Source of the DNA: Octopus sinensis
Taxonomy: Eukaryota
Direction: 5' to 3'
DNA length: 64,000 nt
NCBI RefSeq assembly: GCF_006345805.1
Contig: NC_043015.1
Location: 42,222,001 to 42,286,000 of the forward strand
Within the stretch, counting starts at the first letter, position 1. Each line of letters opens with the position of its first letter. Under the pieces are notes generated by a model. It was not told where the DNA came from, did no database searches, and saw only the letters and a list, made by a program, of their open reading frames with translations. This document shows positions 1 to 36,700 of the stretch, piece after piece. A program made the position numbers and the translations under genes.

Positions 1-804
1 CAAATTCGATGACTGGCATCCGTGCTAGTGGACTGCTAAGAGCATCATCCGAGCATGAACGTTGCCAGAGCAGCTAACTGGCTCCTGTGCAGGTGGCATG
101 TAAAAAGCACCATTTGAGCGTGATCGTTACCAGTGTCGCCTTACTGGCAATTGTGCCATTGGCACGTGAAAAAACATTCAAGTGAGGTCGTTGCCAGTGC
201 CACTGGACTGGCTCCTGTGCAGGTGGCATGTAAAAAACACCATTTGAGCGTGGCCGTTGCCAGTACCTCCTGACTGGCCCTTATGCCCCTGCAATAAATA
301 AGCTGGGCAAAATATGGAATATGGACAGAAAACTAAAACTTAAATTCTTTGGGGCATGTGAAGAAAAAAATGTATTCTGCTATTCAATTCAGAATCTTGG
401 ATTATAACATGAAACCTAGAGATAAAAATTGATGGATTATAAGTTAAACTATTGAGAATGAGAGAGAGCATAGAACCAATAGAGAGGTATACTGAGGCCT
501 GGCACAACCATTAGACACCATCCGGCAGAGAAGGTTATGCTTTGCTGACCATTGTCACAGAGCTGGGGACTAACGAGGTTCAAAGCTTTTATTTTGGTAA
601 TCGTTCGGAGGTTGGTGGCACAGAGGAGCAAGAACGAAGATCTTGCCAAAAATGCTCAGAGAAGATTCTGGAATAAAACTCTGAATCTGAAATCAAAGTC
701 TTGGTGGGGGTCAAAGATGGATTGGAGGTGGAGAGTGAAAGATGTTATAGTTTCATCTGCAGATGACTGATGATGATGTATGAGTGTGGGTATGTGTATA
801 CACA

Positions 805-1110
805 TCATCATCATCATTTAACGTCCGCTTTCCATGCCAGCATGGGTTGGACGATTTGACTGAGGGCTGGCGAACCAGATGGCTGCGCCAGGCTTCAATC
901 TTGATCTGGCAGAGTTTCTACAGCTGGATGCCCTTCCTAACGCCAACCACTCCAAGAGTGTAGTGGGTGCTTTTACGTGCCACTGGCACGAGGGCCAGTC
1001 AGGCAGTACTGGCAACGGCCACGCTTGAAATGGTGTTTTTTACATGCCACCTGGCAATGACCTCGCTTGAATGATTTTTCACGTGCCAGTAAGGCGACGT
1101 TGGTAATGAT
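805..1110 (-). mobile_element. SINE-like family E with (GAT)n tail; many copies (e.g. 1-290, 4232-4620, 6915-7165, 23695-24090, 28980-29330, 44790-45055, 52445-52780, 55798-56170, 62985-63200)
   Basis: Recurrent catcatcgtttaacgtccgctttccatgctagcatgggttgg...ctggatgcccttcctaacgccaaccactcc and ~50-bp internal subrepeats. Confidence 0.8.
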
Positions 1111-1750
1111 CATGCTCGAACACACACACACATACATACAGATATATATACACAAAAATGTGCAAAAAACATGGTGACAATACTTATACACAATAACTGA
1201 AGTTGAGAAAAAAATTCCTTCATGTACTTCGACAGGATTTGTAAAAAAAAAACTTTTTTCTTTCTCTTTATCTCTTTCGCCCCACCTTTTTTATATATAA
1301 AAGGCGCAGGAGTGACTGTGTGGTAAGTAGCTTGCTTACCAACCACATGGTTCTGTGTTCAGTCCCAGTGTGGCACCTTGGGCAAGTGTCTTTTACTATA
1401 GCCTCGGGCCGACCAAAGCCTTGTGAGTGGATTTGGTAGACGGAAAGTGAAAGAAGCCCATCGTATATATGTAAATATATAAACCTGCTCCAGTATCTCG
1501 TCAGTTATCGATTGCCTCAATAACTGAAGAGATGCCAGAGCAGGTTTCTGCCCCAACATCCGAAACTCGGAGTCTTACTATGACAACCGAATAATTGTCA
1601 CATATTATATTACATATATATATATGTATATATATATATAAATCCTCTTCATCATTTAAGAAGGGAGAAGGAGAATTTATTTGCAAATTTATTACATTTT
1701 TAATTAGTGATAATAACGGTGTTAATTATATTAACAATAAATGAACTTAC

Positions 1751-26481
<24,731 letters not shown>

Positions 26482-26830
26482 GGTTTCAGAGTTAGTTTAG
26501 ACACTGAAGAAGTGGTTGTTGTCACTTGTCTTTCTCCAACACAACTTTTGAAAGTATTTTTATGAAGATAAAGACAGTTTAAGACACTCCGTTATCCAAT
26601 TAACAGTCAACCACCACGCACCACCAACACACAAGTGTACGGCCTCAGCAGGTCTCTCCTTCCTTCCTCTCTTCCTTCCTTCCCTCTCTCTCTCACTCTC
26701 TCTCTAACTGCCTCTATCTATCTGCTTCTCTCTCTCTCTTTCTCTCTCTCTCTCTCCCACTCTCTTTCTCTACGTGCTCATATTCACACATACATGCATC
26801 TCACCTCTCTCTCTCTCCCTCTCTTTCTTC
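26482..26830 (-). promoter_or_regulatory. Putative SELENBP1 5' UTR and proximal promoter
   Basis: Unique sequence upstream of the ATG with TCAGT (Inr-like) near 26505, a CCAAT box near 26596, and a (GA)n tract at 26650-26830; positional inference only. Confidence 0.35.
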
Positions 26831-27244
26831 TCTACATACACACATACATACTGTATATACTCTTTACTCTTTTACTTGTTTCAGTCATTTGACTGTGACC
26901 ATGCTGGAGCACCACCTTTAGTCGAGCAAATCGACCTCCAGGAAGCCTAGTACTTATTCTATCGGTCTTTTTTGCAAACCGCTAAGTTACGGGGACGTAA
27001 ACACACCACCATCGGTTGTCAAGCGATGTTGGGGGGACAAACACAGTCACACAAACATATACACATACATATACATATATACGACGGGCTTCTTTCAGTT
27101 TCCATCTACCAAATCCACTCACAAGGCTTTGGTGGGCCCGAGGCTATAGTAGAAGACACTTGCCCAAGGTGCCACGCAGTGGGAATGAACCCGGAACCAT
27201 GTGGTTGGTAAGCAAGCTACTTAGCACACAACCACTCCTGCGAC

Positions 27245-28304
27245 TATATACTCGAGTAATAGTCGATCTCATGTAAAAGTCGACCCCCTATTTGGGGCCA
27301 AAAATTGGGAATTTTCTATCGACCCCGTATAAAAGTCGACCCTAGTATTTCACGAACAACAGGACAACATTTGTGGGGCCAAGGTACCATATTATCCTAT
27401 ACGTAGAAATAATACTTACAAAATTGTGTGGTTACCTTACTATAAGCCTGCTCTATAAGTGTAATATTTGGTGCTTATAATGGAATGCTCGGTGCTTATA
27501 GTAAAGCACCATTTAATAGGGATCACTACACACCTATTGATGGGTGCTACATTGCCATTACTAAAATGTATGCACAGGACATACTGCAAGTCTGCATACA
27601 TCTCGAAGCACAATAAACATGTGTGTCACACACTTGTTGCTTCCATGATGAGAAACGTGTTTCACAGACAGCACCATAGGCGAACACTGGCAAACGCCAC
27701 TGTCTGAATTCGTAGGCATGACTTGGATAAGCCCCAAAAACATTCAATTAATCGCTGGATCAATGGTTCCAATGCGACCTTTATATTTTCCTCCAACTGC
27801 AATAAACACATGTATCATACGGTCGTCTGTTCACATGGGGAGAAACGTGTTTCACAGACAGCACTACTGGCGAACCAACGGCAAACACCACTGTATCAAT
27901 TCGCACAGAGGCATGACTGCGGTAAGCCTAGAAAACATTTAGTTAATCGCTAGATCAGTAGTTCCCAAACTTTTTTGCCACGGTAGAAGTGGCTGTGAAG
28001 TAAGTAGCTTGCTTACCAACCATAAGGTTCCAAGTTCAGTCCACTGCGTGGCAACTTGGGCAAGTGTCTTCTGCTATAGCCTCGGGCCGACCATAGCTTT
28101 GTGAGTGGATTTGGTAGACAGAAACTGAAAGAATCCCGTCGTATATATATATATTTCATCATCATCGTCATCGTTTAACGTCCGCTTTCCATGCTAGCAT
28201 GGGTTGGACGATTTGACTGAGGTCTGGCGAACCAGATGGCTGATCTGGCAGGGTTTCTACAGCTGGATGCCCTTCCTAACGCCAACCACTCCAAGATATA
28301 TATT

Positions 28305-28344
<40 letters not shown>

Positions 28345-28475
28345 TACACCCAACATCGCTTGACAACCGTTGCTGGTGTGTTTACGTCCCCGAAAGTAGT
28401 ATCCATGTAATAGTCGACCCCATAAATTTGACCTTTAAAAATCGTCGAGAAAATTCAACTTTTACACGAGTACAT
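27245..28475. mobile_element. Possible pogo/Tc2-like non-autonomous DNA element interrupted by SINEs
   Basis: Left end tatatactcgagtaatagtcga, right end caacttttacacgagta, subterminal gtcgaccc repeats, internal 190-bp duplication. Confidence 0.35.
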
Positions 28476-29399
28476 CCTTACATACATATGTCTAGATATG
28501 AAAGTATGTGCATGAGAAGACCAGCAAATTTCCACTAACATTTCAACAGCATTTTTCTCACAGAAAAATGTAAATTGATAAAAGTTACATTCAACATATG
28601 ACTTTGCCAAGTTTATTTATGCGTTTTCCATTTGACTCTTAATGTTTTTCTTGCCATGAAAAGTTGAAATGAGACAACAGCGACCTACATCGAACTACGT
28701 ATTGTGCTCAACAATATATCCCTCTTTCTAGCTAGTCTGCATAGCTATAAATACTAGAATTCCGTAAGGAAAAATCAGACAATCAGAGGACAAGCAGAAA
28801 GCAGGCCAGCAGAGCGAGCGAGCGAGCTTGCTTGCTTTCTTGCTTGCATGCTTGCTTAGTGCAGTTTTCTGACCTGCCAGCTTCTGTCAAACCATCCAAC
28901 CCATGCCAGCATGGAAAACAGTTGTAACTGACGATAAGCCCCAGGGCAAAAGAATGTGCTGACGTTCCTTACATCATCATCATCATCGTTTAACGTCCGC
29001 TTTCCATGCTAGCATGGATTGGATGTATGACTGAGGACTGGCGAACCAGATGGCTGCACTAGGCTTCAATCTTGATCTGGCAGAGTTTCTACAGCTGGAT
29101 GCCCCTCCTAACGCCAACCACTCCGAGAGTGTAGTGGGTGCTTTTATGTGCCAGTCAGGCGGCACTGGCAACGACCTCGCTCGAATCTTTTACACATGCC
29201 ACCGGCGCGGGTGCCAGTAAGGCGATGCTGGTAACGATCACGCTCGAATGGTGTCTTTTACGTGCCACCGGCACGGAGGCCAGATAGCCGCTTTGGCAAC
29301 GATCACGCTCGGATGGTGCTTTTAATACCCTACTAGTACATAGCAACAATATAAGCAGATTAGCATTGGGCCCCTAGATCCGTGGGATCCCTGGACAAC

Positions 29400-29830
29400 T
29401 GTCCAGTGTGTAGTGATCCGACAACGGCGCGCGCTCGCGCACCGCCCATTTGTATTTCGCGCGTGTTGGTGCCTTTACCAAGGCACAGAAAGGAAGGCCC
29501 TCTCGCGCATGCGCGAACCACCGGTAGCACGACCCTATTGCCTACGTAGCAGTTAGCGAGGCAAGGGGGTCGTAAGACGTTGACTACCAGCGTCCAGTCC
29601 TCGGTGACTTGGGAACCAGCGATTGAAGGCGACGGTCACGCGTATATTCTCTCTCCGTCAGGGCTTGATTCTAGCAGCAGTCGGCCGAAATACCTTTAAC
29701 CAAATTGTTGCCGACCACATTTCAACTTCCCTGTTCGACGCCATTTTGACCTCTTTCTGTTTTTGGGCTGGACATTGTAAATATTACAATCTATTAACTT
29801 ATAGCGGTGCGCGCCCGAACCTAGGACATC
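29400..29830. promoter_or_regulatory. CpG-rich island with NRF1-like (GCGCATGCGC) and YY1-like (AAAATGGCG) motifs
   Basis: Dense CG dinucleotides in non-repetitive sequence; cgcgcatgcgcg near 29505; cgccatttt at 29739-29747. Confidence 0.65.
29694..29744 (-). CDS. Candidate first coding exon of unknown identity (MASNREVEMWSATIWLK)
   Basis: caaaATGGCG start context, 17 codons, then AAG|gtattt phase-0 donor inside the CpG island; no homology recognised. Confidence 0.4.
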
Positions 29831-30194
29831 AGATAACACACTTATTGTTATTGTTTACCAAGAAAGAGAATAAAGTAGTTATATGTATATTTTACGTCTG
29901 CGTCCTGTTGTTTCTGACTAGTAGAATTCTGGATTATTAAAGCAACGGCTAGTGAGTGATTGCTTTGTGCACCCCAAAAGTGCACTAGGATATTCACTTC
30001 ACATTAAGTTCGTTTCAAGTGTGTCTACACTCGGAAATAGTACGGAAACTTTTAAATAATAATAATAATGAAATTATTGTGTCCAGTGCTCAGGTGCACC
30101 ACAACTTGTCAAAAAGTGCGTATAAAGTATATGCAGTAATGTACAAATGTCTGGAAAGCGAACAGTGTATGAGTCAGATACCTGCTTGTGTGTG

Positions 30195-30660
30195 TATGGA
30201 GGGGAGAAAATCAGGTGTAGTGTTGGCGAATCACAGGAAGCATGGAAGTTTTGAAGGATGCAGTGCTCCGACAACTAACAACTGACGCCGGCAGTTTGTT
30301 CCATGCTTCAGCAACTCTCAGCGTGAAAAAATGTTTCCTAAAGTCATGGGAGCTGTGCTGTTTTCTGACTTTGTAAACATGTCCACGGGTGTTAGACGGG
30401 TGGAGTTCGAAAAGGTGCTCAGAGTTATTGTTTGTAAGATGGTTGATAATTTTATGGGTGTCTGCCAAGTCAGCTGCCAGACGTCGGAGTTTCAATGTGT
30501 CCATGGCCAGGGAAGTAAGGCGTTCAGGATATGGCAAATGCCTGATGGAGGGTATTCTTTTGGTTGCACGTCGCAAGATAGGGATTCCAGGGAAGTAAGG
30601 CGTTCAGAATATGGCAAATGCCTGATGGAGAGTATTCTTTTGGTTGCACGTCGCTGAACG
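30195..30660 (-). mobile_element. CR1/L2-group LINE 3' fragment with an internal 80-bp tandem duplication
   Basis: RRATKRIP...YPERL..L.MDTLKLRRL..DL...HKII...NTRGHVYK...FFTLRVAEAWNKLP; duplicated block at 30507-30574 and 30587-30654. Confidence 0.85.
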
Positions 30661-32077
30661 GTTTCCAGACGATTGATATCCTGGGCAAGATAGTCATATA
30701 CTTAGATCAATGACATAATCTAAGTTCTTCGCCTAAAAAAACTGCCGGCTTTGGACGTAAAACAATTTATTTGTTACTCTGAAAATGTTTTGATAGCTTA
30801 TCTTATAAGATATCGTGAGAGTTTAGTTTCTCACTAAAAGCAAAATTTTTTTTTTCTCACAAACACAGCAGGCATAGCCTATTGTTAAACCATTTAAAAT
30901 TTTGGAAGTGGCTTGAACAACCAGAATGTAGGACAGCCACATCAATGCACAAATAAGTCGAATATTCGCTGTGAAAGTGTGGTTTGTATGCACATACATA
31001 CACATCACACATATATACATATATATATATACCACCACATACACATATATACATGCCATCACACATATGTATATATGTATATAGATGTATATGTAGATGT
31101 CAGATTGTTAAATGTGACTAGTACACGTAACTCTGTACAACCTGCTGCGCGGTCAGGTCATTAGTGACTGAACTGGCAACCCCACTAAGTTCCCTTGTTG
31201 AGGGGGCTGGTTATTTGATACCCTGCAGTAGGAAAAATAAAAGCCGTCAAAGGGCAGAGGAAGTCATGAGTATTCAATGATCTTCCAACAATGTGTATAT
31301 ATGTATATATTGTTTATATATTTTTATCTCATCTATACTCTTTACTCTTTTACTTGTTTCAGTCATTTGACTGCGGCCATGCTGGAGCACCGCCTTTAAT
31401 CGAGCAACTCGACCCCGGGACTTATTCGTTTGTAAGCCCAGTACTTATTCTATCAGTCTCTTTTGCCGAACCGCTAAGTAACGGGGACATAAACACACCA
31501 GCATCGGTTGTCAAGCAACGCTAGGGAGACAAACACAGACTGCACAAACACACACACGCATACATATATATATACATATATACGACGGGCTTCTTTCAGT
31601 TTCCGTCTACAAAATCCACTCACAGGGCTTTGGTCGGCCCGAGGCTATAGTAGAAGACACTTACCCAAGGTGCCATGCAGTGGGACTGAACCCGGAACCA
31701 TTGTGGTTCGTAAGCAAGCTACTTACCACACAGCCACTCCTACGCCTATATATTGTTTATATATTTTTAAACATTTTAAAATATTCTTTTTAAATATTTT
31801 CTATACATGTGTGGTAAGTAGCTTGCTTACGAACCACATGGCTCCTAAAGACGCGTATGAGAATTTTGTGAGAAAATGGTTAAGCAATAATTAATTTAGA
31901 TAAGATGCGAAATAGAGAGTGAATTGGAGGACTGAAAATAGATGTGAGATATGCAGGGATATTGCATTTGTAGATCCATTATTTAGGCAGAATGGTATAC
32001 ATATAAGATTCCAGTAGTATTTAAAATTGGTCGTTCCAAGTATAGAGTTTGTACACAGTGCTATTGAAACGAGGGTT

Positions 32078-32420
32078 TTATTTAAAGTGACCTAAAAGTA
32101 AAGAATGTATCTGTAAGGTCAAATTGAAAACAGGAAGAGAGGAATAAAGAAAAGAGAAGAAAAAACGAGAAGAAAAAGAACACAAAAAGAGAAAAAAGAA
32201 AGAAAAGGGGAGGAAGAGAGGAATTAAGTAAAGACAGAAAACGGTAAAACTTTCTCTTTGTTTTCCTTTTTTTCTTTATTCCTCTCTTCCTCTCTTTTTC
32301 TTTTTTCTTCTCTCCTTTTCTCTTTTCTTTATTCCTCTCTTCCTCTCTTTTTCTTTATTCCACTCTTCCTGTTTTTGACCTTACAAGTAATTTCCCTACT
32401 TTTTAGGTCACTTCAAATAA
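32078..32420. mobile_element. Palindromic foldback/MITE-like element
   Basis: ttatttaaagtgacctaaaagta...gtaaggtcaaa...aaacaggaagag is mirrored by its reverse complement at 32350-32420; purine-rich left half, pyrimidine-rich right half. Confidence 0.65.
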
Positions 32421-32999
32421 ACATGGCATAGTCTATATGCACACGTGCATGCATACACAGACAGACGTAAATACAAATAAATACACATACGTGAAAAATA
32501 CCACAAACCATTCACCAACGCTGCAAAACTTGAATATACAAATGAGTTATATATGTGTATACACAAATACACCCCCTCTCTGACAAACACATATACACCT
32601 GCAGACATATAACATATATACATACATACATGTGTGTATGAAGGAAGGAGACAAGTACAACAAGTACTTGTATATATGCAATCATTTGTACACAATGTAT
32701 ATATGCACGTACATATACACTAGGTATATAGTACACAGGTATGGCTTACATAAATACAGAAAAATATATAAAGTAATAAAATATATAAAAGTATAAGGGA
32801 TGTTAAGACATGCAAAAGGCTTATACGTGGACATTATATAATATAAAAAGCAGGTTCTATCTGTGATCTTGTAGGGGTCCAAAAACGTAGCAAATGTTTT
32901 GTCGTATGTGGACATGACCCAAAAAGTTCAGTTCTGGAATTTAGACATGTAGCAGGGTCTAAAGAACTTTTCCAGATAAGCCATCTTTCCATATCGCAA

Positions 33000-34560
33000 A
33001 GACCACACTTTCCACTGCTATTGGCGCGCCAAGGTATGAGTGTGAGTCTGTGTGTTTGTAGTGGATGGAGGTGGTGAGAGTGGAGTGATGAATGCCGACC
33101 ATTATGTTGAGAAAGGCAACGGAAGTGTTGGAAATAGTGCAGAAGAATTGGAGGGCAGGATGGAAAGATTTGACAAAAGAGAGGAAGGAGTCTTGTTGTC
33201 CATGGGAGAGTGAGGTCGTACCGATACAGTCATCAATATAATGACTGTATAGTCCGGGTATGGGACCAGTGAAACTTGAGAATATTTGGGCCTCAACGTA
33301 GCCAATGAACAGGTTCGCATAGTTAGAGTCCATTCTCGTTCCCATGGCCACTCCTGAGGTCTGTTGGTAAAACTCACCCACGAATGAGAAGCAGTTAAGG
33401 GAGAGAACAAGTTCGGTCAGATGAAGAAGTGGGGATGTGTCAGGTTGGGTGTTAGGTCAAAGGTCAAGGTAGTGTTTGAGTGCAAGAAGCCCCTCGTGGT
33501 GAAGGATCACCGTGTATAGGCTCTTGATGTCAAGAGTGAACAGAAGTTTAGAGGGCCCAGGAGGGAAGAAGAAAAAGTTGAACGGACGAAGAGCATGGTT
33601 GGTGTCATGGATGTGAGAGGAGAAAGAAGCCACTAGGGGGCAAGGACACGGTTGAGATATTTGGAGATGAGTTCCATAGGACAGTTGCAGGCGGAGACGA
33701 TGGGGTGGCCAGGGTTGTTAGGTTTATGGATTTTGTGGAGGAAGTAAATTGTGGGGGAGCGAAGGGTGCGGACAATGAGGTTGGAGGCGGTGGGGGAGAC
33801 AGGAAGAGCGGATGAGGTTATTGATGCTGGAGGACACCGTCTGTTGGTTGCTAGGCATGGTGTTGGAGGGCGTAGGGCAGTAGAAGGAGGTGTCTTGACG
33901 TTGGTGGAGAGCTTCAAACTTCTAGAGGTCTCCGCTCCACACCACCACGGCTCCGCCCTTGTCAGCCATGTTTTATGATGATGTCAGAGACATCAAAGAA
34001 CTGAGAGTTTGGCCTGGGAGATGTTCAGATGTTGGGGATGCCTGGAAAAGTCAAACCGGTCCACAGCACGCTGGCAGATGCCCGCATAAAGATCGACTGC
34101 TTGGAACTGGCCAGGAGCTGGCGTCCACTGGGATGGTCGGCAGCCCAGATCGGTGAAGAAGTCCTCCTTATTAGATGCAGGTGGAGTGTCGTAGAATAGT
34201 GCACACAGCCTAACACGGTGCACAAAACTGTGGATATCGGCATGAGTCTGAATTCTTTGCTGGATGGAGTGAGGGGTATAAAGTGCAGACCCCTACAGAG
34301 GAGGGAGCACTCAGAGGATCTTCGCCTCAGAGAGGGGAAGATCTGGAGGAATGGTAACAACAGACTGAAGTGGAGAAGGGGTGGATGGGTTAGAAGTGAG
34401 AGGGGTGGTGGGGTAGTGGAAGGCTTGGAGGAAGTAGGTTTGAGGTTGGAGTGACAGGGGGGTGAGAGTGGGGGTGAGTTTGGATAGTTGCAGCGGGTGT
34501 GATGGAGTGGAGGGGTGAGTGGAGTTTAGGTTGTTTGGTGTGAGTAAGAAATTCATGAAA
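33000..34560 (-). mobile_element. Penelope-like element reverse transcriptase, frameshifted and 3'-truncated
   Basis: Motifs across frames: GLHFIP, KIHKPNNPGHPIVS, GVAMGTRM..NYANLF, YIDD, IHYK.TDSHSYL. No GIY-YIG domain seen. Confidence 0.9.
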
Positions 34561-35224
34561 GAGACGATTTTTTTTTCATTTCATTTTCATCTAGTTTCAG
34601 CTCACTAGCTGTGGCCATACTGGGGCACCGCCATTTGAGTGGATTATGTAACGTAAAGTGTGCATGGGAGGGCGACGGAGAGGAGAAAAAGATCGAAAAA
34701 GCAAGAGGGAGAAGACAGTCGATGGTATGTATTTTGGAGAGATTTAAGGCTGGCAGAAATGTTAGCACGCCGGGCGAAATGCTTAGCGGTATTTTGTCTG
34801 CCGTTACGTTCTGAGTTCAAATCCCGCTGAGGTCGACTTTGCCTTTCATCCTTTCGGGGTCAATAAATTAAGTACCAGTTACGCGCAGGAGTCGATGTAA
34901 TCGACTTAATCCATTAGTCTGTCCTTGTTTGTCCCCTCTATGTTTAGCCCCTTGTGGGTAATAAAGAAATAGGTATTTCGTCTGCTGTTACGTTTTGAGT
35001 TCAAATTCCGCCGAAGTCGACTTTGCCTTTCATCTTTTCAGGGTCGATAAATTAAGTACCAGTTATGCACTGGGGTCAATGTAATCGACTTAATCTCTTT
35101 GTCTGTCCTTGTTTGTCCCCTCTATGTTTAGCCCCTTGTGGGTAGTAAAGAAATAAGAACCATGACTAATTTGCAGAGAACATACCACCACATCAAAGAT
35201 CATTCATCAGTTCTCCAGTACCTG

Positions 35225-35345
35225 CCTCCCGAGCTTGTTGAATCTTCATGGCAATTGTATAGGCTGATGGGTGTCCTGCTTCCTCTTTGAGGTCCACTCT
35301 TGTCCAGCCGTTTCTAAACTTCTTGATCCCTTCATACACACTTCT
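35225..35345 (-). mobile_element. Decayed mariner transposase N-terminal (HTH) fragment
   Basis: SVYEGIKKFRNGWTRVDLKEEAGHPS resembles the mariner VYEW.KKF..GR.SV.D.ERSGRPS segment. Confidence 0.55.
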
Positions 35346-36036
35346 ACATGGTAGAATGTTATCCCCAAGGCGATCTGGCAGAAACGTTAGCACGCCGGGC
35401 GAAATGCTTAGCGGTATTTTGTCTGCCACTACGTTCTGAGTTCAAATTCTGCCAAGGTCGACTTTGCCTTTCATCCTTTCAGGGTCGATTAAATAAGTAT
35501 CAGTTACACACTGGGGTCGATATAATCGACTTAATCCCTTCCCCCAAATTTGAGGCCTTGTGCTTCTAGTAGAAAGGATTATTATTATTATTACATCTGC
35601 CTTCGCTAAAGCAGAGGTATTGTTTCCAGTTGTGTTTGCTTGTTTGTTTGTTTGTCCATGGACAAGATATCTCAGGAATCGCTGGATGGATTCGGATGAA
35701 ATTTTCAGGGATGTTTGGTCTTGTGACTGGCACGAACTGATTAGGTTCTGGGATCGATCCGGTACCGGACAAGGATTCTGGATGATTTTTCTTGTTTTTT
35801 TTTTTACTTAATTTTTGAGAGTGGTCAGGTTCATTTTTAGCATTCTCGTTTGTGAGAGCAGTCGAGTTTATTTCAGATATTCTCACTTTAATAATCACCT
35901 CTAGCTATTTGTTGCCTTGGCAGAGGTTTGTACTCTCTGAATGCTCTTATTATTATTATTATTATTATTATAATAATTATTATTATCAGTATTATTATAT
36001 TATTATTATTATTATTATAATAATTATTATTATCAG

Positions 36037-36064
<28 letters not shown>

Positions 36065-36067
<3 letters not shown>

Positions 36068-36700
36068 TAGTTTTATTTTTATAGCGTGCTTTCACTTCAC
36101 TACCGAGCGCAGCTCTGTGTGCCTTGGGTATGTGCTGTGATTTGTTGTGATGCTCTGATGGTCATTGTATGGAAAGTGTTCTGCGTAGGATGTGTGTAGT
36201 GCCCAGTGGTGCAATTTTCTGTATGTTAAATGTGTTTGTAAGTCCTGGTGTTTTTGTTATGTATTTGTCTGAATATTTTTTTATCATGCCTAATGCACCT
36301 TCTATGATAGGAATTGTTTCTGTTTTTAGATTCCACATTCGAGTTACCTCTATTTCCAGGTCTTTGTATTTTGAGGTCTTTGCATTATTATTATTATTAT
36401 TATTATTATTCAGTAGTTTTATTTTTATAGCGTGTGTGCCTTGGGTATGTGCTGTGATTTGTTGTGATGCTCTGATGGTTATTGTATGGAAAGTGTTCTG
36501 CGTAGGATGTGTGCAGTGCCCAGTAGTGCAATTTTCTGTATGTTATATGTGTTTGTAAGTCCTGATGTTTTTGTTATGTATTTGTCTGAATATTTTTTTT
36601 TATTATACCTAATATACCTACTATGATAGGAATTGTTTCAGTTTTTAGATTCCACATTCTGGTTACCTCTATTTCCAGGTCTTTGTATTTTGAAAGTTTT
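36065..36700 (-). mobile_element. Two tandem 3' fragments of an R4/Dong-like (RLE-endonuclease) LINE
   Basis: KLSKYKDLEIEVTRMWNLKTETIPII.G.LG..KK...IALLGTAHILRR.LSIQ*; copies at ~36065-36385 and ~36412-36700, each bounded by (TAA)n. Confidence 0.75.

Noticed and set aside
430-770. ORFs 449-649 and 552-770 as the SELENBP1 last exon
   Set aside because: No EGS...PGGDC-like sequence in any frame; possibly an old LINE remnant. The last exon must lie outside the window.
29623-29940. 105-aa plus-strand ORF in the CpG island
   Set aside because: TTG start, no homology, and the start and splice signals point to the minus strand.
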